Of a DNA stretch of 64,000 nucleotides, positions 45,637 through 58,540 are shown one piece after another (the first letter of the stretch is position 1; the number at the start of each line of letters is the position of its first letter). The notes beneath the pieces are model-generated. The model was given only the letters and a program-made list of their open reading frames with translations, was not told where the DNA came from and did no database searches. Both the position numbers and the translations under genes were made by a program. The DNA comes from Intrasporangiaceae bacterium. GTDB lineage: Bacteria; Actinomycetota; Actinomycetes; Actinomycetales; Dermatophilaceae. The stretch lies in NCBI GenBank assembly GCA_012838445.1, contig DUPF01000277.1:63-64062 (forward strand). Direction: 5' to 3'.

Positions 45637-46620
45637 TCAGTCCGCGCGTCCCGGGCGGGCCCGCCGCCCGAGGCGCCGCTCCCCGTCCCGGTAGACCTCC
45701 TGGACCCCGTAGAGCGGACGGCCCTTGACCTCGTCGTAGATCCGACCGATGTAGGTACCGATGATGCCCATGAGGAGCAGCTGCAGCCCGCCGACGAGGA
45801 AGACGGCGGTGACGATGAAGGTCCAACCCTCGACGACCTGCTCGGGGAAGAAGAGGCGCACGCCCACCGCATACAGCATCCCGAGCAGGGCGAGGAACGA
45901 GACGACGAGCCCGGCCCGCGAGATCAGTTGCAGCGGTTTGGCGGAGAAGCTCGTGATCCCGTCGATGGCGAAGCGGATCATCTTCCGCAACGGATAACCC
46001 GTCGTGCCGGAGTGCCGGGCATCCCGGTCGAAGAGGACCGCCTTCTGCTTGAAGCCGATCTCGGAGACCATGCCGCGCAGGAAGCGGGAGTGCTCCCCGT
46101 AGCGCCGCAACTGATCCGCCACCGCCCGGTCGATGAGCCGGAAATCCCCTGTGTTGCGCGGGATCTCGACCGTCGACATGGCCCCGAGGACGCGATAGAA
46201 CAGATCCGCGGTGGCCCGCTTGAAGGCGCCGTCCTTACGGGTCCGGCGCTGCGCATACACGACATCCCAGCCGTCCTGCCACTCCCGGATCAGTTCCAGG
46301 CTGACCGCTGGCGGGTCCTGCAGGTCGGCGTCCATGATGATGACCGCATCGCCGCGGGCGTGGTCGATCCCGGCCGTGACCGCCATCTGGTGACCGAAGT
46401 TGCGGGCCAGGTCGACGACGACGACCCGCTCGTCCCGCTCCGACAGCGCGATGAGCCGGTCCAAGGAGCCGTCAGTGCTGCCGTCGTTGACGAAGATGAA
46501 CTCGGCATCGACATCCACCGTCGCGACCGCCTCGCCGACCCGCTCGTGGAGCAGGTCGATGTTGCCCTCCTCGTGATAGATCGGGAAGACGTAGGAGATC
46601 AGCGGCCGGGCATCCGACAT
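45637..46620 (-). CDS. GT2 polyprenol-phosphate glycosyltransferase (GtrB/YkcC-like)
   Basis: VNDGSTD, RNFGHQ, MDADLQDPP, GDFRLIDR, two C-terminal TM helices. Confidence 0.92.
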   Translation of the reverse strand: MSDARPLISYVFPIYHEEGNIDLLHERVGEAVATVDVDAEFIFVNDGSTDGSLDRLIALSERDERVVVVDLARNFGHQMAVTAGIDHARGDAVIIMDADLQDPPAVSLELIREWQDGWDVVYAQRRTRKDGAFKRATADLFYRVLGAMSTVEIPRNTGDFRLIDRAVADQLRRYGEHSRFLRGMVSEIGFKQKAVLFDRDARHSGTTGYPLRKMIRFAIDGITSFSAKPLQLISRAGLVVSFLALLGMLYAVGVRLFFPEQVVEGWTFIVTAVFLVGGLQLLLMGIIGTYIGRIYDEVKGRPLYGVQEVYRDGERRLGRRARPGRAD

Positions 46621-46631
46621 CGCGCTCGCCC

Positions 46632-48428
46632 TCAGCCGGACGTCGACCCAGCCGGCTCCGGCTTCGCGTCGACCCCGGCCTCCTTGCGCTGCTCGGCCGT
46701 GATCGGGGCCGGGGCGTCGGTGAGGGGGTCGTAGCCGCCGCCGGACTTCGGGAAGGCGATGACGTCGCGGATGCTGTCGAATCCGCCGAGGAGCATGACG
46801 ATCCGGTCCCACCCGAAGGCGATCCCGCCGTGCGGCGGGGCGCCGTACTGGAACGCCTCGAGGAGGAAGCCGAACTTCTCCTGCGCCTCCTCTTCGCTCA
46901 GGCCCATGACCTTGAAGACCCGCTCCTGGACGTCACGGCGGTGGATCCGGATCGAGCCACCACCGATCTCGTTGCCGTTGCAGACCAGGTCGTAGGCGTA
47001 GGCGAGCGCCGGGCCGGGGTCGGTGTCGAAGGTGTCCTCGAACTCCTGCTTCGGGGCGGTGAAGGCGTGGTGCACCGCAGTCCAGGCGCCCGACCCGACG
47101 GCGACGTCACCGGCGGCGAGGGCCTCGGCGGCCGGCTCGAACAGGGGCGCGTCGTTGACCCAGAGGAACGACCACTCGCTCTCGTCGATGAGGTCGCACC
47201 GTTTGGCGATCTCCAACCGGGCCGCCCCGAGCAGCGCCCGGGAGGCCTTCGTCGCGCCGGCGGCGAAGAAGATGCAGTCCCCGGGGGCGGCACCGACGTG
47301 TGCGGCCAGGCCGGCCACCTCGGTCTCGGAGAGGTTCTTGGCGACCGGGCCGCCGAGCGTCCCGTCCTCCTGGACGAGGACATAGGCCAACCCGCGCGCG
47401 CCGCGCTGCTTGGCCCATTCCTGCCACGCGTCGAGTTGTTTGCGCGGCTGGGAAGCACCGCCCGGCATGACGACCGCACCGACGTACTCGGCCTGGAACA
47501 CCCGGAACGGGGTGTCGGCGAAGAACTCGGTGCACTCGACCAGTTCCTGCCCGAAGCGCAGGTCCGGCTTGTCGGTGCCGAAGCGGCGCATCGCCTCGGC
47601 ATAGCTCATCCGCGGGAAGGGCGTGACCAGGTCGACCCCGATCAGGGCCCAGATCTCCGAGATGATCGCCTCGCCGAGCTCGATGACGTCGTCCTCCTCG
47701 ACGAAGCTCATCTCGATGTCGAGCTGGGTGAACTCGGGCTGCCGGTCGGCACGGAAGTCCTCGTCCCGGTAGCAGCGGGCGATCTGGTAGTACCGCTCCA
47801 TCCCGGCGACCATGAGGAGTTGCTTGAACAGTTGCGGGGACTGGGGCAGCGCATACCAACTGCCGGGAGCGAGCCGGGCGGGAACGAGGAAGTCCCGGGC
47901 CCCCTCCGGGGTGGAGCGGGTCAGGGTCGGGGTCTCGATCTCGACGAAGTCACGCTCACCGAGGACCTTGCGGGCGGCGGCGTTGACCTTCGAGCGCAGC
48001 CGGATCGCACTGCCCGCGCTGTGCGCACCGGGGCGGCGCAGGTCGAGGTAGCGGTGCTTGAGCCGGGCCTCCTCGCCGACACTGACCCGTTCGTCGATCT
48101 GGAACGGCAGTGGCGCGGACGTGCTGAGCACCTCGATCTCGGCGGCGACGACCTCGATCTCGCCGGTCGGCAACTCAGGGTTGACGTTGTGTGCCTCGCG
48201 GGCGGTCACCTCGCCGGTCACCTTGATGCAGAACTCGCTGCGCAGGTCGTGCGCGGCACCGGTGAGCACCTCGTCGCGGGCGACCACCTGGACCACCCCG
48301 GATGCGTCCCGCACGTCGATGAACGCCACCCCGCCGTGATCGCGTCGCTTGGCCACCCAGCCGGTCAGGGTGACGGTGGAGCCGGTGTCGGACGCGCGCA
48401 GCGTGCCGGACTGGTGGGTGCGGAGCAC
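46632..48428 (-). CDS. aspS: Aspartate--tRNA ligase
   Basis: [40 protein letters not shown]. Confidence 0.99.
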   Translation of the reverse strand: MLRTHQSGTLRASDTGSTVTLTGWVAKRRDHGGVAFIDVRDASGVVQVVARDEVLTGAAHDLRSEFCIKVTGEVTAREAHNVNPELPTGEIEVVAAEIEVLSTSAPLPFQIDERVSVGEEARLKHRYLDLRRPGAHSAGSAIRLRSKVNAAARKVLGERDFVEIETPTLTRSTPEGARDFLVPARLAPGSWYALPQSPQLFKQLLMVAGMERYYQIARCYRDEDFRADRQPEFTQLDIEMSFVEEDDVIELGEAIISEIWALIGVDLVTPFPRMSYAEAMRRFGTDKPDLRFGQELVECTEFFADTPFRVFQAEYVGAVVMPGGASQPRKQLDAWQEWAKQRGARGLAYVLVQEDGTLGGPVAKNLSETEVAGLAAHVGAAPGDCIFFAAGATKASRALLGAARLEIAKRCDLIDESEWSFLWVNDAPLFEPAAEALAAGDVAVGSGAWTAVHHAFTAPKQEFEDTFDTDPGPALAYAYDLVCNGNEIGGGSIRIHRRDVQERVFKVMGLSEEEAQEKFGFLLEAFQYGAPPHGGIAFGWDRIVMLLGGFDSIRDVIAFPKSGGGYDPLTDAPAPITAEQRKEAGVDAKPEPAGSTSG

Positions 48429-48605
48429 GGGTGTTCCTTTGCGTTGGGTTGGTGCGTTGTTCTGGTGCGGTGGATCGGTCTTCTGCTCGGTATGCGGTGC
48501 GCGGGGGCCGCGCGGACCGCACCTCATCCTACGGAGGGGTGGGCACGGTGCGAAAAACGCACTGGCGACTCACTGCAGGTCCCGGCACGAGCCTATGGTG
48601 GTCCG

Positions 48606-50333
48606 GTGCGAGAGTTGAGTCGTCGAGGATTGCTGGCCGCGGCTGCGTCGGGAGGGGTGGCCGCCCTGGCCGCGTGCACCGGGTCGCCGTCGGGAGCGTC
48701 GGCGCCGGAGGACGCCCCGGAGCACACGCCCGAGCCACCGTCGGCCCGTCCGGCCGCGGTGACCGACTCCGCGGCACTCGGCGGGGATGGCCCGGCCGTG
48801 GCGGCCGGGCTGAGCGCACTGCTGCTGCAGACCTCACCGGTGGCGGTGCTCACCGCCGCGGCTGCCGAGCAGGTCCGCGCCGCGGGAGCCCTCGCCGCGC
48901 AAGGCCGCTGGCCCGTGCTCCTCATCGAGGCCGACGGTGGGCTCCCGGAGCCGACCCGCACCGAACTCACCCGCCTCGGGGTGGAGCACGCCATCGTCAT
49001 CGCCCCGGCCGAAGCGACCGCGGAGCAGAGCCCCGCGCCGACCTCGGCACCGACCGTCGAGATCCCGGATGTCGAGGTCCACGTCGTCCCTGCCTCGCCC
49101 GACCCGGCCGTCCCGGAGGGAGTGCCGGTGGGTACTCCCCCGGATCCCGTCGATGTCGTCGTGCTCGCTGCGGGGGTCGCCGGAGGGGACCCTGCGGGCT
49201 CCACGAGCACAGCGGGACCCACGAGCACAGCGGGACCCACGAGCACAGCAGACGCCACGAACACGGCAGACCCCACGAGCACACCAGGGACCGACAGCAC
49301 CGAGCGACCAGCGCCGACCGACGACACACCCGATCCGGACCACCCCGCCCAGGCGGCTCTGGCGACGGCGCAGGCGCTCGGTGGGCGGACGCATACCCAG
49401 GTCGTGGACCCACGCGAGGACAGCACCCTCATGGCCGGGCTTCGCGAGACGGCCGACACCCCGCTGATCACCCTCGCCGACGACCCCGCCGCGGCCGACC
49501 GACTCCTCGTCATGAGCACGATGGCCCAGCGCGCACCCGAACTGCCCGGCGGCGGGGTGAGCGTCTTCCCGCACCGGCGGATGGTGGCGCTCTACGGGCA
49601 CCCGGAGGCTGGGGTCCTCGGACTGCTCGGTGAGCAGGGCATCGAGGGCAGCATCACGCGCGTCAACGGGTATGTCGAGAAGTACTCACCCCTGGTCACC
49701 GAGCAGGTCATCCCGTCGTGGGAGATCATCGCCACGGTCGCCACCGCCGGGGCCGGACCGGACGGCAACTACTCGAAGGTGTGGGAGCCGGCGAAGTTCC
49801 GGCCGTGGGTCGATTCGGCGAAGGAGGCCGGCATCTATGTCGTCCTCGACCTGCAACCCGGCCGCAGCGACTTCCTCACCCAGGCCAAGGAGTACGAGGA
49901 GTTGCTCGTCGAGCCGCATGTCGGCCTCGCCCTCGACCCGGAGTGGCGCCTCGGCCCGAACGAGAAGCACCTGCGCCGGATCGGCCACGTCGAGGCGGCC
50001 GAGATCAACGCCGTCAGCGACTGGCTGGCCGCTCTCGTGCGCGAGCACACCCTGCCGCAGAAGGTCCTCACGCTGCACCAGTTCCAGGTGCAGATGATCC
50101 GGGACCGTGATCAGGTGCGCACCGACCATCCGGAGCTCGCGATCGTCCTGCACGCCGACGGGCAGGGACCGCAGGGGGCCAAGCAGGAGACCTGGCGGGT
50201 GCTCAAGTCCGACCTGCCGGAGGGGATGTGGCTGGGCTGGAAGAACTTCTACGACGAGGACTCCCCCATGCTCACCCCGGAGCAGACGATCGCGCGGGTC
50301 GACCCGACCCCGTGGTTCATCTCCTACCAGTGA
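48606..50333 (+). CDS. Tat-dependent lipoprotein of unknown function
   Basis: LSRRGLL Tat motif plus LAAC lipobox; globular C-terminal region (RMVALYGHP, LDLQPGR, GLALDPEW, HADGQG, GWKNFYDED); TATGGT-N6-GTG start. Confidence 0.85.
   Translation: MRELSRRGLLAAAASGGVAALAACTGSPSGASAPEDAPEHTPEPPSARPAAVTDSAALGGDGPAVAAGLSALLLQTSPVAVLTAAAAEQVRAAGALAAQGRWPVLLIEADGGLPEPTRTELTRLGVEHAIVIAPAEATAEQSPAPTSAPTVEIPDVEVHVVPASPDPAVPEGVPVGTPPDPVDVVVLAAGVAGGDPAGSTSTAGPTSTAGPTSTADATNTADPTSTPGTDSTERPAPTDDTPDPDHPAQAALATAQALGGRTHTQVVDPREDSTLMAGLRETADTPLITLADDPAAADRLLVMSTMAQRAPELPGGGVSVFPHRRMVALYGHPEAGVLGLLGEQGIEGSITRVNGYVEKYSPLVTEQVIPSWEIIATVATAGAGPDGNYSKVWEPAKFRPWVDSAKEAGIYVVLDLQPGRSDFLTQAKEYEELLVEPHVGLALDPEWRLGPNEKHLRRIGHVEAAEINAVSDWLAALVREHTLPQKVLTLHQFQVQMIRDRDQVRTDHPELAIVLHADGQGPQGAKQETWRVLKSDLPEGMWLGWKNFYDEDSPMLTPEQTIARVDPTPWFISYQ
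49201..49284 (+). repeat. 18-bp in-frame tandem repeat (TSTAGP-like) in the lipoprotein linker
   Basis: CCACGAGCACAGCGGGAC, about 4.5 degenerate copies. Confidence 0.85.
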
Positions 50334-50393
50334 GCCGGCCCCCGACCGGCTGACTCGGCATCCGGACCCGCACGCGGGCCCTCGCCCCACGGA

Positions 50394-52710
<2,317 letters not shown>

Positions 52711-52713
<3 letters not shown>

Positions 52714-53829
52714 CGTCATCCGAGCCAGGTCGGCGTACCACTGGACCCAGCGCGTCGCGGTCGCTGCGCTGTCCGGCCACGATGCGGCCCGGGTGCGGCC
52801 TGCGGCCGATGCGGTATGCCACGCTCCCGGGCCGTCGAGCAGCTCACCGAGGGCGTCGGCCCAGACCCGTGGGTCGTCGGTGTCGATGAGGATCCCGACG
52901 CTCTCGACCAGGTCGCGCAGTCCCCCTGTGTCGCGGGCGATGACGGGGGTGCCGGCGGCCATGGCCTCCTGGACGACGAGGGCGCGGGCCTCCCAGTGGC
53001 TGGTCAGGACGAAGCTGCTCGCGGCGCGCAGCCACGGGAGTGGGTCGTCCTGGGCGCCGATGAAGTGGATGGGGGCGTCGTGGTCGTCGGCCTGGGCGCG
53101 CAGGGCGGCGAGCAGGTCGTGATCCCCGCCGCCGATGACGACCCACACGGCCCGCCGGTGTCGTCCGGCTGCGGCGGCGGCGACCATCGTCGGCAGGTCC
53201 TTCTGCGGGGCGATCCGGGCGATGGAGACGACGAGGTCGGTGCCCGGTGATGCCGGAAGTCCCGCTCCGGCAAGGAGATTCGCGGCCGACTCACGCCGCT
53301 CCTGCTGATCCGGGGACGGCAGCGCGAGCAGGTCGGGGACCTTGGGTGAGGGCACCGGGGCGAGCTCGGCCCAGTCCGCTCCCCACCGGCGGGCCTGCTC
53401 GACGAGGTCGCTGCTGGCGCCGGTGACGAGCTGGGCGCCCCGGGCGAAGGGTTGGGCCGTGACTGCTCCGAGGAGTCGGCGTCGGTGCCCGCCGAGGACC
53501 GCGTTGTGCAGGCTGACGGCCAGCGACGGGCGCTGCCGTCGGGGCAGGGAACGCAGTGCCACGGCGGCGAACGATCCGGCCTGGTGTCCGTGGGCGTGGA
53601 CGACGTCGGCTCCCCGGGCCAGATCCCGGACGGCACGCACCGCCTGCGGCACCTGCGTCCCGGTCGCCGGCCAGATCCGGTGTGCGTCGTCCCAGCCGAA
53701 GGTGGTCGCGGTGAGATCATCGGTGGCGATGCGGACCTCGTGGCCGAGTGCGCACAACTCGCGGGTGAGGTCGGCGACGTGGGTGCCGACCCCGCCGGTG
53801 GACCGGGCCAGGAGCATGAGGATCCTCAT
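52711..53829 (-). CDS. GT-B (family 4) glycosyltransferase
   Basis: GGVGTHV, VHAHG, ARIAPQK, SHWEARALVVQEAMAAGTP. Confidence 0.92.
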
Positions 53830-55286
53830 CGCCGCACCAGTCTCCGCCACAGGTAGCCGAGCGTGTCGCCCCACCCGCTCAGGATGCCCCGGCCCCAGTG
53901 CCGGACGGCGAGGACGGTGAGCAGGACGGCCGCGACGGTCATACCGATCGACCAGCCGATCCCGAGGACGGTCACGGTCTGTTCGGCGCTCGAGCCGGTG
54001 GTGAGCACGACCGCGGGGATGGAGACCGCGAGGATCCACCCGGCGGCCGCAGCCAGTCCCGCGGTCAGCGGGCGTCCCCGGACATACAGGGCCCGGGTGA
54101 GGATGGCGATCACGCCGAGCCCGATGAGTCCCGGGGCGAAGGTGCGCAGTCCGGCCGCCATCGCCGGGACGGCCGCACCACTGACGGTGCCCCCGCCGCG
54201 ACGGGCGTCGAGGATAGAGAACACGGCGCCGACGGCGGGTGAGAGGGCGGCCAGGGTGAGCGCGCCGACCACGCCGAGGAGCACGGCCACATGGAAGGCC
54301 CTGGCGAGCAGGACTGCGGCGTCACTGTCGTGGACGCTGCGACCGTCGCCGACCTCCATGGCCCGGGTCGTCAGCGCGGGGAAGGACGCGGTGGCGAGCG
54401 GGATGATGAGCACCGCATACGGGAGCATGACGATCGCGAGGATCCAGGTGTAGACCGATGCCGCGCCCTCCCAGTCGCCGTAGTAGCCCGCGATCCGCAG
54501 CGAGGCCAGGGTCGCGAACTGCTGGGCGGCGAGCGCGAGGAGTCCGGCGCCGGCGAGGCGGCGGGCCCGGCCCGCGTCCGCGCCGGTGAACCGCAGGGAG
54601 GGGCGGTAGCGCCACCCGGTCCGCCAGGCGGGCACGAGCAGTGGGACGGCGAGGGCGGCCACTCCCGCCGTCGTGCCCCAGGCGAGCACCTGCACGGCAC
54701 CGGGCGAGACGTCCGTCGTCGCGCCCTGGGCCAGGGAGCCGAACGCGAGGTAGGTCGCGATGACGACGAGGCTCGAGACCAGCGGTGCGACCGCGACCGC
54801 CGCGAAGCGTGAGTGGGCGTGGAGCACCCCGGTGATGACGACGGCCAGTCCGTACAGCGGGATCTGGACAGCGAAGATCCGCAGCATGACGGCCCCGGTG
54901 CTCACCGCATCGGCCGAGCCCCCGCTGATGAGCAGCCCGGTGAGCGGCTCGGCGAGCAACCAGACGAGGACCGCGAGCGGCATCAGGACGACCAGCGCCC
55001 AGGTCAGGAGCGTCGAGGCGGTGTCGTGGGCGGCCCGCTTCGAGCCGGCCCCGAGGTGTCCGGCGATGAGGGGGACGGTGACGGCCGCGAGGGCACCTCC
55101 GGCGGCGACCTCGTGGACGACATTGGGCACCGCGTTGACGATGTTGTAGACGTCGCCGATCCCGGAGGCGCGGACACTGTCGGCGAAGACGAGGGTGCGG
55201 CCGAATCCGGCAGCCCGGGCGAGCAGGGTCAGCACCGCGATGAGCCCGGCGGCCCCGGCGACACCCCCGACGGTCCGGCGGGTCAT
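53826..55286 (-). CDS. MurJ/MviN-like lipid-linked flippase
   Basis: TLLARAAGFGR, YNIVNAVPN, EVAAGGAL, multi-TM. Confidence 0.88.
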   Translation of the reverse strand: MTRRTVGGVAGAAGLIAVLTLLARAAGFGRTLVFADSVRASGIGDVYNIVNAVPNVVHEVAAGGALAAVTVPLIAGHLGAGSKRAAHDTASTLLTWALVVLMPLAVLVWLLAEPLTGLLISGGSADAVSTGAVMLRIFAVQIPLYGLAVVITGVLHAHSRFAAVAVAPLVSSLVVIATYLAFGSLAQGATTDVSPGAVQVLAWGTTAGVAALAVPLLVPAWRTGWRYRPSLRFTGADAGRARRLAGAGLLALAAQQFATLASLRIAGYYGDWEGAASVYTWILAIVMLPYAVLIIPLATASFPALTTRAMEVGDGRSVHDSDAAVLLARAFHVAVLLGVVGALTLAALSPAVGAVFSILDARRGGGTVSGAAVPAMAAGLRTFAPGLIGLGVIAILTRALYVRGRPLTAGLAAAAGWILAVSIPAVVLTTGSSAEQTVTVLGIGWSIGMTVAAVLLTVLAVRHWGRGILSGWGDTLGYLWRRLVRR

Positions 55287-56083
55287 CGGCGGCCCCACTG
55301 GTCGAGTTCGCGCAGCACCGGCGTGGATTCGATGATCTGGGTGAAGCTGACCCGCTCGGAGGCGAGCGTGAGCGCGGTCAGGGCGGCCAGGGTGATCAGC
55401 CGTCCCCGCGGACCGAGGCGCTGCACGGCGGCGACCCCGATCACCGCCCCTGCGGCGTTGGCGCCGGTGTCCCCGAGCATCGACTCCCCCCGCAGGTCGG
55501 GTCCGATGACCCCGAGGGTCGCCCCGATGGCGGCGGCGCTGCTCACTCCCCCGGCACCGGGCAGGAGTGGCAGCCCGGCCAGGGCGGTGGCCTTCAGCGC
55601 CCGCCCCGGGCGCAGGTCGAACAGATTGGCCAGGTTGGCGGATCCGGCGATGAGGGCCCCGCCGACGAGGGTATGCATCCCCACCGGTCGTCCCGCACGG
55701 CTGCGGTCGATGAGCACGGCACTGATCAGCCCGCTCGCCCCGATGCCGAGGATCTTCACCGCCCCGGTCGTCACCTCCCCACGGGTCAGCGCCCCGAGAT
55801 GGCCGGCCAGCCCTTTGCTCGCGGAGTCACCGTGGTGGTCGTCGAGGGCCCCGAAGACCGCGCCACCGAGGGCGGCGAACGCACCCGCCGGTGAGCCGGC
55901 GGTGAGGGCACCGATCGAGGCGCCCTTCGCATACGCCGCCCCCTCCCACAGGGTGACCGGGTCGCCGGCGTGGTTGGTGCGCTCCCAGTCCAAGCCGGAG
56001 ATGACCTGCCGACGCCGCCCCCAGGCCATCAGCGCGGCCGATGCCCCGGCAGCGACCGCGGCGGCGAGGATGCGGGACGTCAC
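55283..56083 (-). CDS. MraY/WecA-like membrane phosphotransferase homolog
   Basis: GALDD, K, ANLANLFDLRPGRALK, MLGDTGAN motifs. Confidence 0.78.
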   Translation of the reverse strand: MTSRILAAAVAAGASAALMAWGRRRQVISGLDWERTNHAGDPVTLWEGAAYAKGASIGALTAGSPAGAFAALGGAVFGALDDHHGDSASKGLAGHLGALTRGEVTTGAVKILGIGASGLISAVLIDRSRAGRPVGMHTLVGGALIAGSANLANLFDLRPGRALKATALAGLPLLPGAGGVSSAAAIGATLGVIGPDLRGESMLGDTGANAAGAVIGVAAVQRLGPRGRLITLAALTALTLASERVSFTQIIESTPVLRELDQWGRR

Positions 56084-57294
56084 GGGGTGTCCGGCAGGGT
56101 CGGGAACAGCGCCCCGGCGGTGTCGAGTTCCCCGTAGTGGCCGTTGTTGCCGCCCGCCTGCTTGGCGACGATCACGGGGAGACTCACCCGACCGATCGGG
56201 GTGCGCAGGTTGTCGACACTGGCCACCTCACCGGCGATGTCCTCGTTGTCGCGCACGGCGGCGATGAGGTTGCTCCACACGGGGGCGTCGGCCGGCACGT
56301 CACCGACGAGGGTGAGCGGGCGGGCTGCAGCGAGCACGGTGACCAGGTCGATCCAGCCTGGAGTCTTCGCCTGGTCGCTCTCCGCGACCTGCTCGGTCTC
56401 GACCGTCTCGGCGCAGAGCAGGACGATCGCGCTGGTCTCGATCGGTGGGGTATCGCCATCCACGGTGATCAGGTCGGCGTCGGTGAGGATCTCGAGGATC
56501 CTGGCCGCGCGGCGGGCCGCGGCGCGGTCCCGCTCGGGGACGCTGAGATCGTCCGGATCGGTCGCGGTGCTGTCGGTCGGTTCGGTGCTGCCCGTGGGCT
56601 CAGCGCCGTCGGTCGCGGTGTCGTCCGCGGGCTCAGTGCCGCTGGTCGGTTCGGTCTCGCCGGTGGGCCCGGTCCCGGCGTCCGGCGTGGCGCCGCCGAC
56701 AGCGGCATCGGCGGGCGCCTCCACCTGCTCGTCCAGGGACTCCTCGCCCACGGCAATACCCTCCTCGGCGTCCGGGTCGAGTTCAGCACCGGTCAGGGCT
56801 GTCGCGAGCGACAGGGACAGCACCCGTTCCGGTTCGACCCCGACGGGCAGTTCGCCACTGAGCAGGGCCCGCAACTCGGCGGCGGCGGTGCCCCGGTCGG
56901 TGACGTCGGGCGGCTCCTCGCTCGCCCAGGACGGCTGCAGACTGATCGTCGGCCCGGTCGCGGCACCGGCTTCGGTGAGCACCTCGCGGGCCGCGTCGTC
57001 GAGGGCGTCGGGGGCGCCCGGGAGCGCGAGGATCGTGACGTGCTGGCCGGACAGCAGACCGGTGAGGGTGCGGGGCCGCAGTTCGGTGATGAGTTGGTCG
57101 CGGGACTTGACCTGCGCCTGGGCCGTGTTGAGATCGGCACGTAGGGCGTTGGCGTCCTCCCGCAGTTTGGTCACCTCGCCGGTGAGGGTGTCGCTGATCG
57201 TCCCCTTGAGCGGGCCGGCACCGAGGACGATGCCGACGGCGAGGGCGAGGAACACCGAGGCGATGGAGACCAGGTGGTATCGGAAGTCGATCAC
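56080..57294 (-). CDS. steB: SteB/MctB family protein
   Basis: IDFRYHLVSIASVFLALAVGIVLG, coiled coil, C-terminal SVDN...GHYG. Confidence 0.85.
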   Translation of the reverse strand: MIDFRYHLVSIASVFLALAVGIVLGAGPLKGTISDTLTGEVTKLREDANALRADLNTAQAQVKSRDQLITELRPRTLTGLLSGQHVTILALPGAPDALDDAAREVLTEAGAATGPTISLQPSWASEEPPDVTDRGTAAAELRALLSGELPVGVEPERVLSLSLATALTGAELDPDAEEGIAVGEESLDEQVEAPADAAVGGATPDAGTGPTGETEPTSGTEPADDTATDGAEPTGSTEPTDSTATDPDDLSVPERDRAAARRAARILEILTDADLITVDGDTPPIETSAIVLLCAETVETEQVAESDQAKTPGWIDLVTVLAAARPLTLVGDVPADAPVWSNLIAAVRDNEDIAGEVASVDNLRTPIGRVSLPVIVAKQAGGNNGHYGELDTAGALFPTLPDTP

Positions 57295-58487
57295 GAGAAC
57301 ACTCCTAACACGAATGAGCGCACCGCGTCCCACCACGCATCCATCCGGGCGCCGACGACCTGGAGGGCGGCCTGTCCCCCGGGCGTGGCGTACATCGCGG
57401 CGAGGAGGGCGAGGAACCCGAAGATGAAGATGATCGACAGCGACCGGGTGGTGATCCTGGGGCGGTAGAGCCGGCTGACGCCCTTGGCGTCGACGAGTTT
57501 GCTGCCGACCCGCAGCCGGGTCAGGAATGTGCTCGACATCCCGGAACGCCCCTTGTCGAGGAACTCCTCAAGGGTGGCGTGCGTGCCGACGGCGACGATG
57601 AGATCGGCGCCCTTGTCGTCGGCGAGGAGCATCGCGACGTCCTCGCTGGTCCCGACGGCCGGGAAGATCACCGGGTCGATCCCGAGCGCTCTGACCCGTT
57701 CGGCGCCGGGTGCCCTCCCGTCCCGGTAGGCGTGGACGACGATCTCGGCCCCGCAGGTCAGCGCCTTGTCCGAGACCGAGTCCATGTCGCCGACGATGAG
57801 GTGCGGGGTCAGCCCCTCCTCGAGGATGGCGTCGGCGCCGCCGTCGACCCCCACGAGGATGGGGCGGTACTCGCGGATGTAGGACCGCAGGATCGACAGG
57901 TCCTCACGGTAGTGGTGGCCGCGGACGACGATGAGGACGTGGCGTTCGTCGAGGTCGGTCGTGATGTCCGGCACCCCGACTCCGTCGATGAGCAGATCGC
58001 GTTCGGCGCGCAGGTATTCGAGGGTGTTCGTCGCGAAGACGTCGATCTGCTCGGACATCGCGACGCGGGCGTCGACCATGTCGGCTCGGATCTGTTCCAG
58101 GTCGAGGACCTCGCCGCGGGCCAGGACGGTGTCCCCGGAGCGCACCTCCCCGTCGACGATCCGGACCTCGTCGCCCTCCTTGATCGTTGTCATGACCTCA
58201 CGGCCGACGTTGTCGACGATGGGGATGCCGGCGGCGAGGAGGAGCTCCGGGCCCTGGTTGGGGTAGCGGCCCGACATCGACCGGCTCGCATTGACGACGG
58301 CGGCCGGTCGGCAGGTGATGAGCGCGTCTGCGGAGACCCGGTCGATGTCCTCGTGGTCGATGACTGCGACCTCACCGGGACGCAGCCGTTTGGTGAGGTT
58401 CTTCGTGCGTCGGTCGACCCTGGCCCGGGTGACCGAGGCGGCGGGGTCGTTCGAGCCGCGCAGGATGCGGGACAGCCGCAGCGTCAT
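57291..58487 (-). CDS. steA: Cytokinetic ring protein SteA (thiamine pyrophosphokinase-like domain)
   Basis: RVDRRTKNL, SGRYPNQGP, GVDGGAD, IVGDMDSVS, STFLTRLRVG. Confidence 0.9.
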   Translation of the reverse strand: MTLRLSRILRGSNDPAASVTRARVDRRTKNLTKRLRPGEVAVIDHEDIDRVSADALITCRPAAVVNASRSMSGRYPNQGPELLLAAGIPIVDNVGREVMTTIKEGDEVRIVDGEVRSGDTVLARGEVLDLEQIRADMVDARVAMSEQIDVFATNTLEYLRAERDLLIDGVGVPDITTDLDERHVLIVVRGHHYREDLSILRSYIREYRPILVGVDGGADAILEEGLTPHLIVGDMDSVSDKALTCGAEIVVHAYRDGRAPGAERVRALGIDPVIFPAVGTSEDVAMLLADDKGADLIVAVGTHATLEEFLDKGRSGMSSTFLTRLRVGSKLVDAKGVSRLYRPRITTRSLSIIFIFGFLALLAAMYATPGGQAALQVVGARMDAWWDAVRSFVLGVFS

Positions 58488-58540
58488 GGTCCCCTCTCGG
58501 TGCCGGTGATGGTGATCCACCTATCGTCCCACGGGTGCGC

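Noticed and set aside
29027-46631. A single mobile genomic island
   Set aside because: No integrase, transposase, tRNA or att repeats; core gene rarA lies in the middle; composition looks host-like.
46830-48605. N-terminal half of the 1167-aa ORF
   Set aside because: Antisense to aspS; the real gene starts at the Tat signal at 48606.
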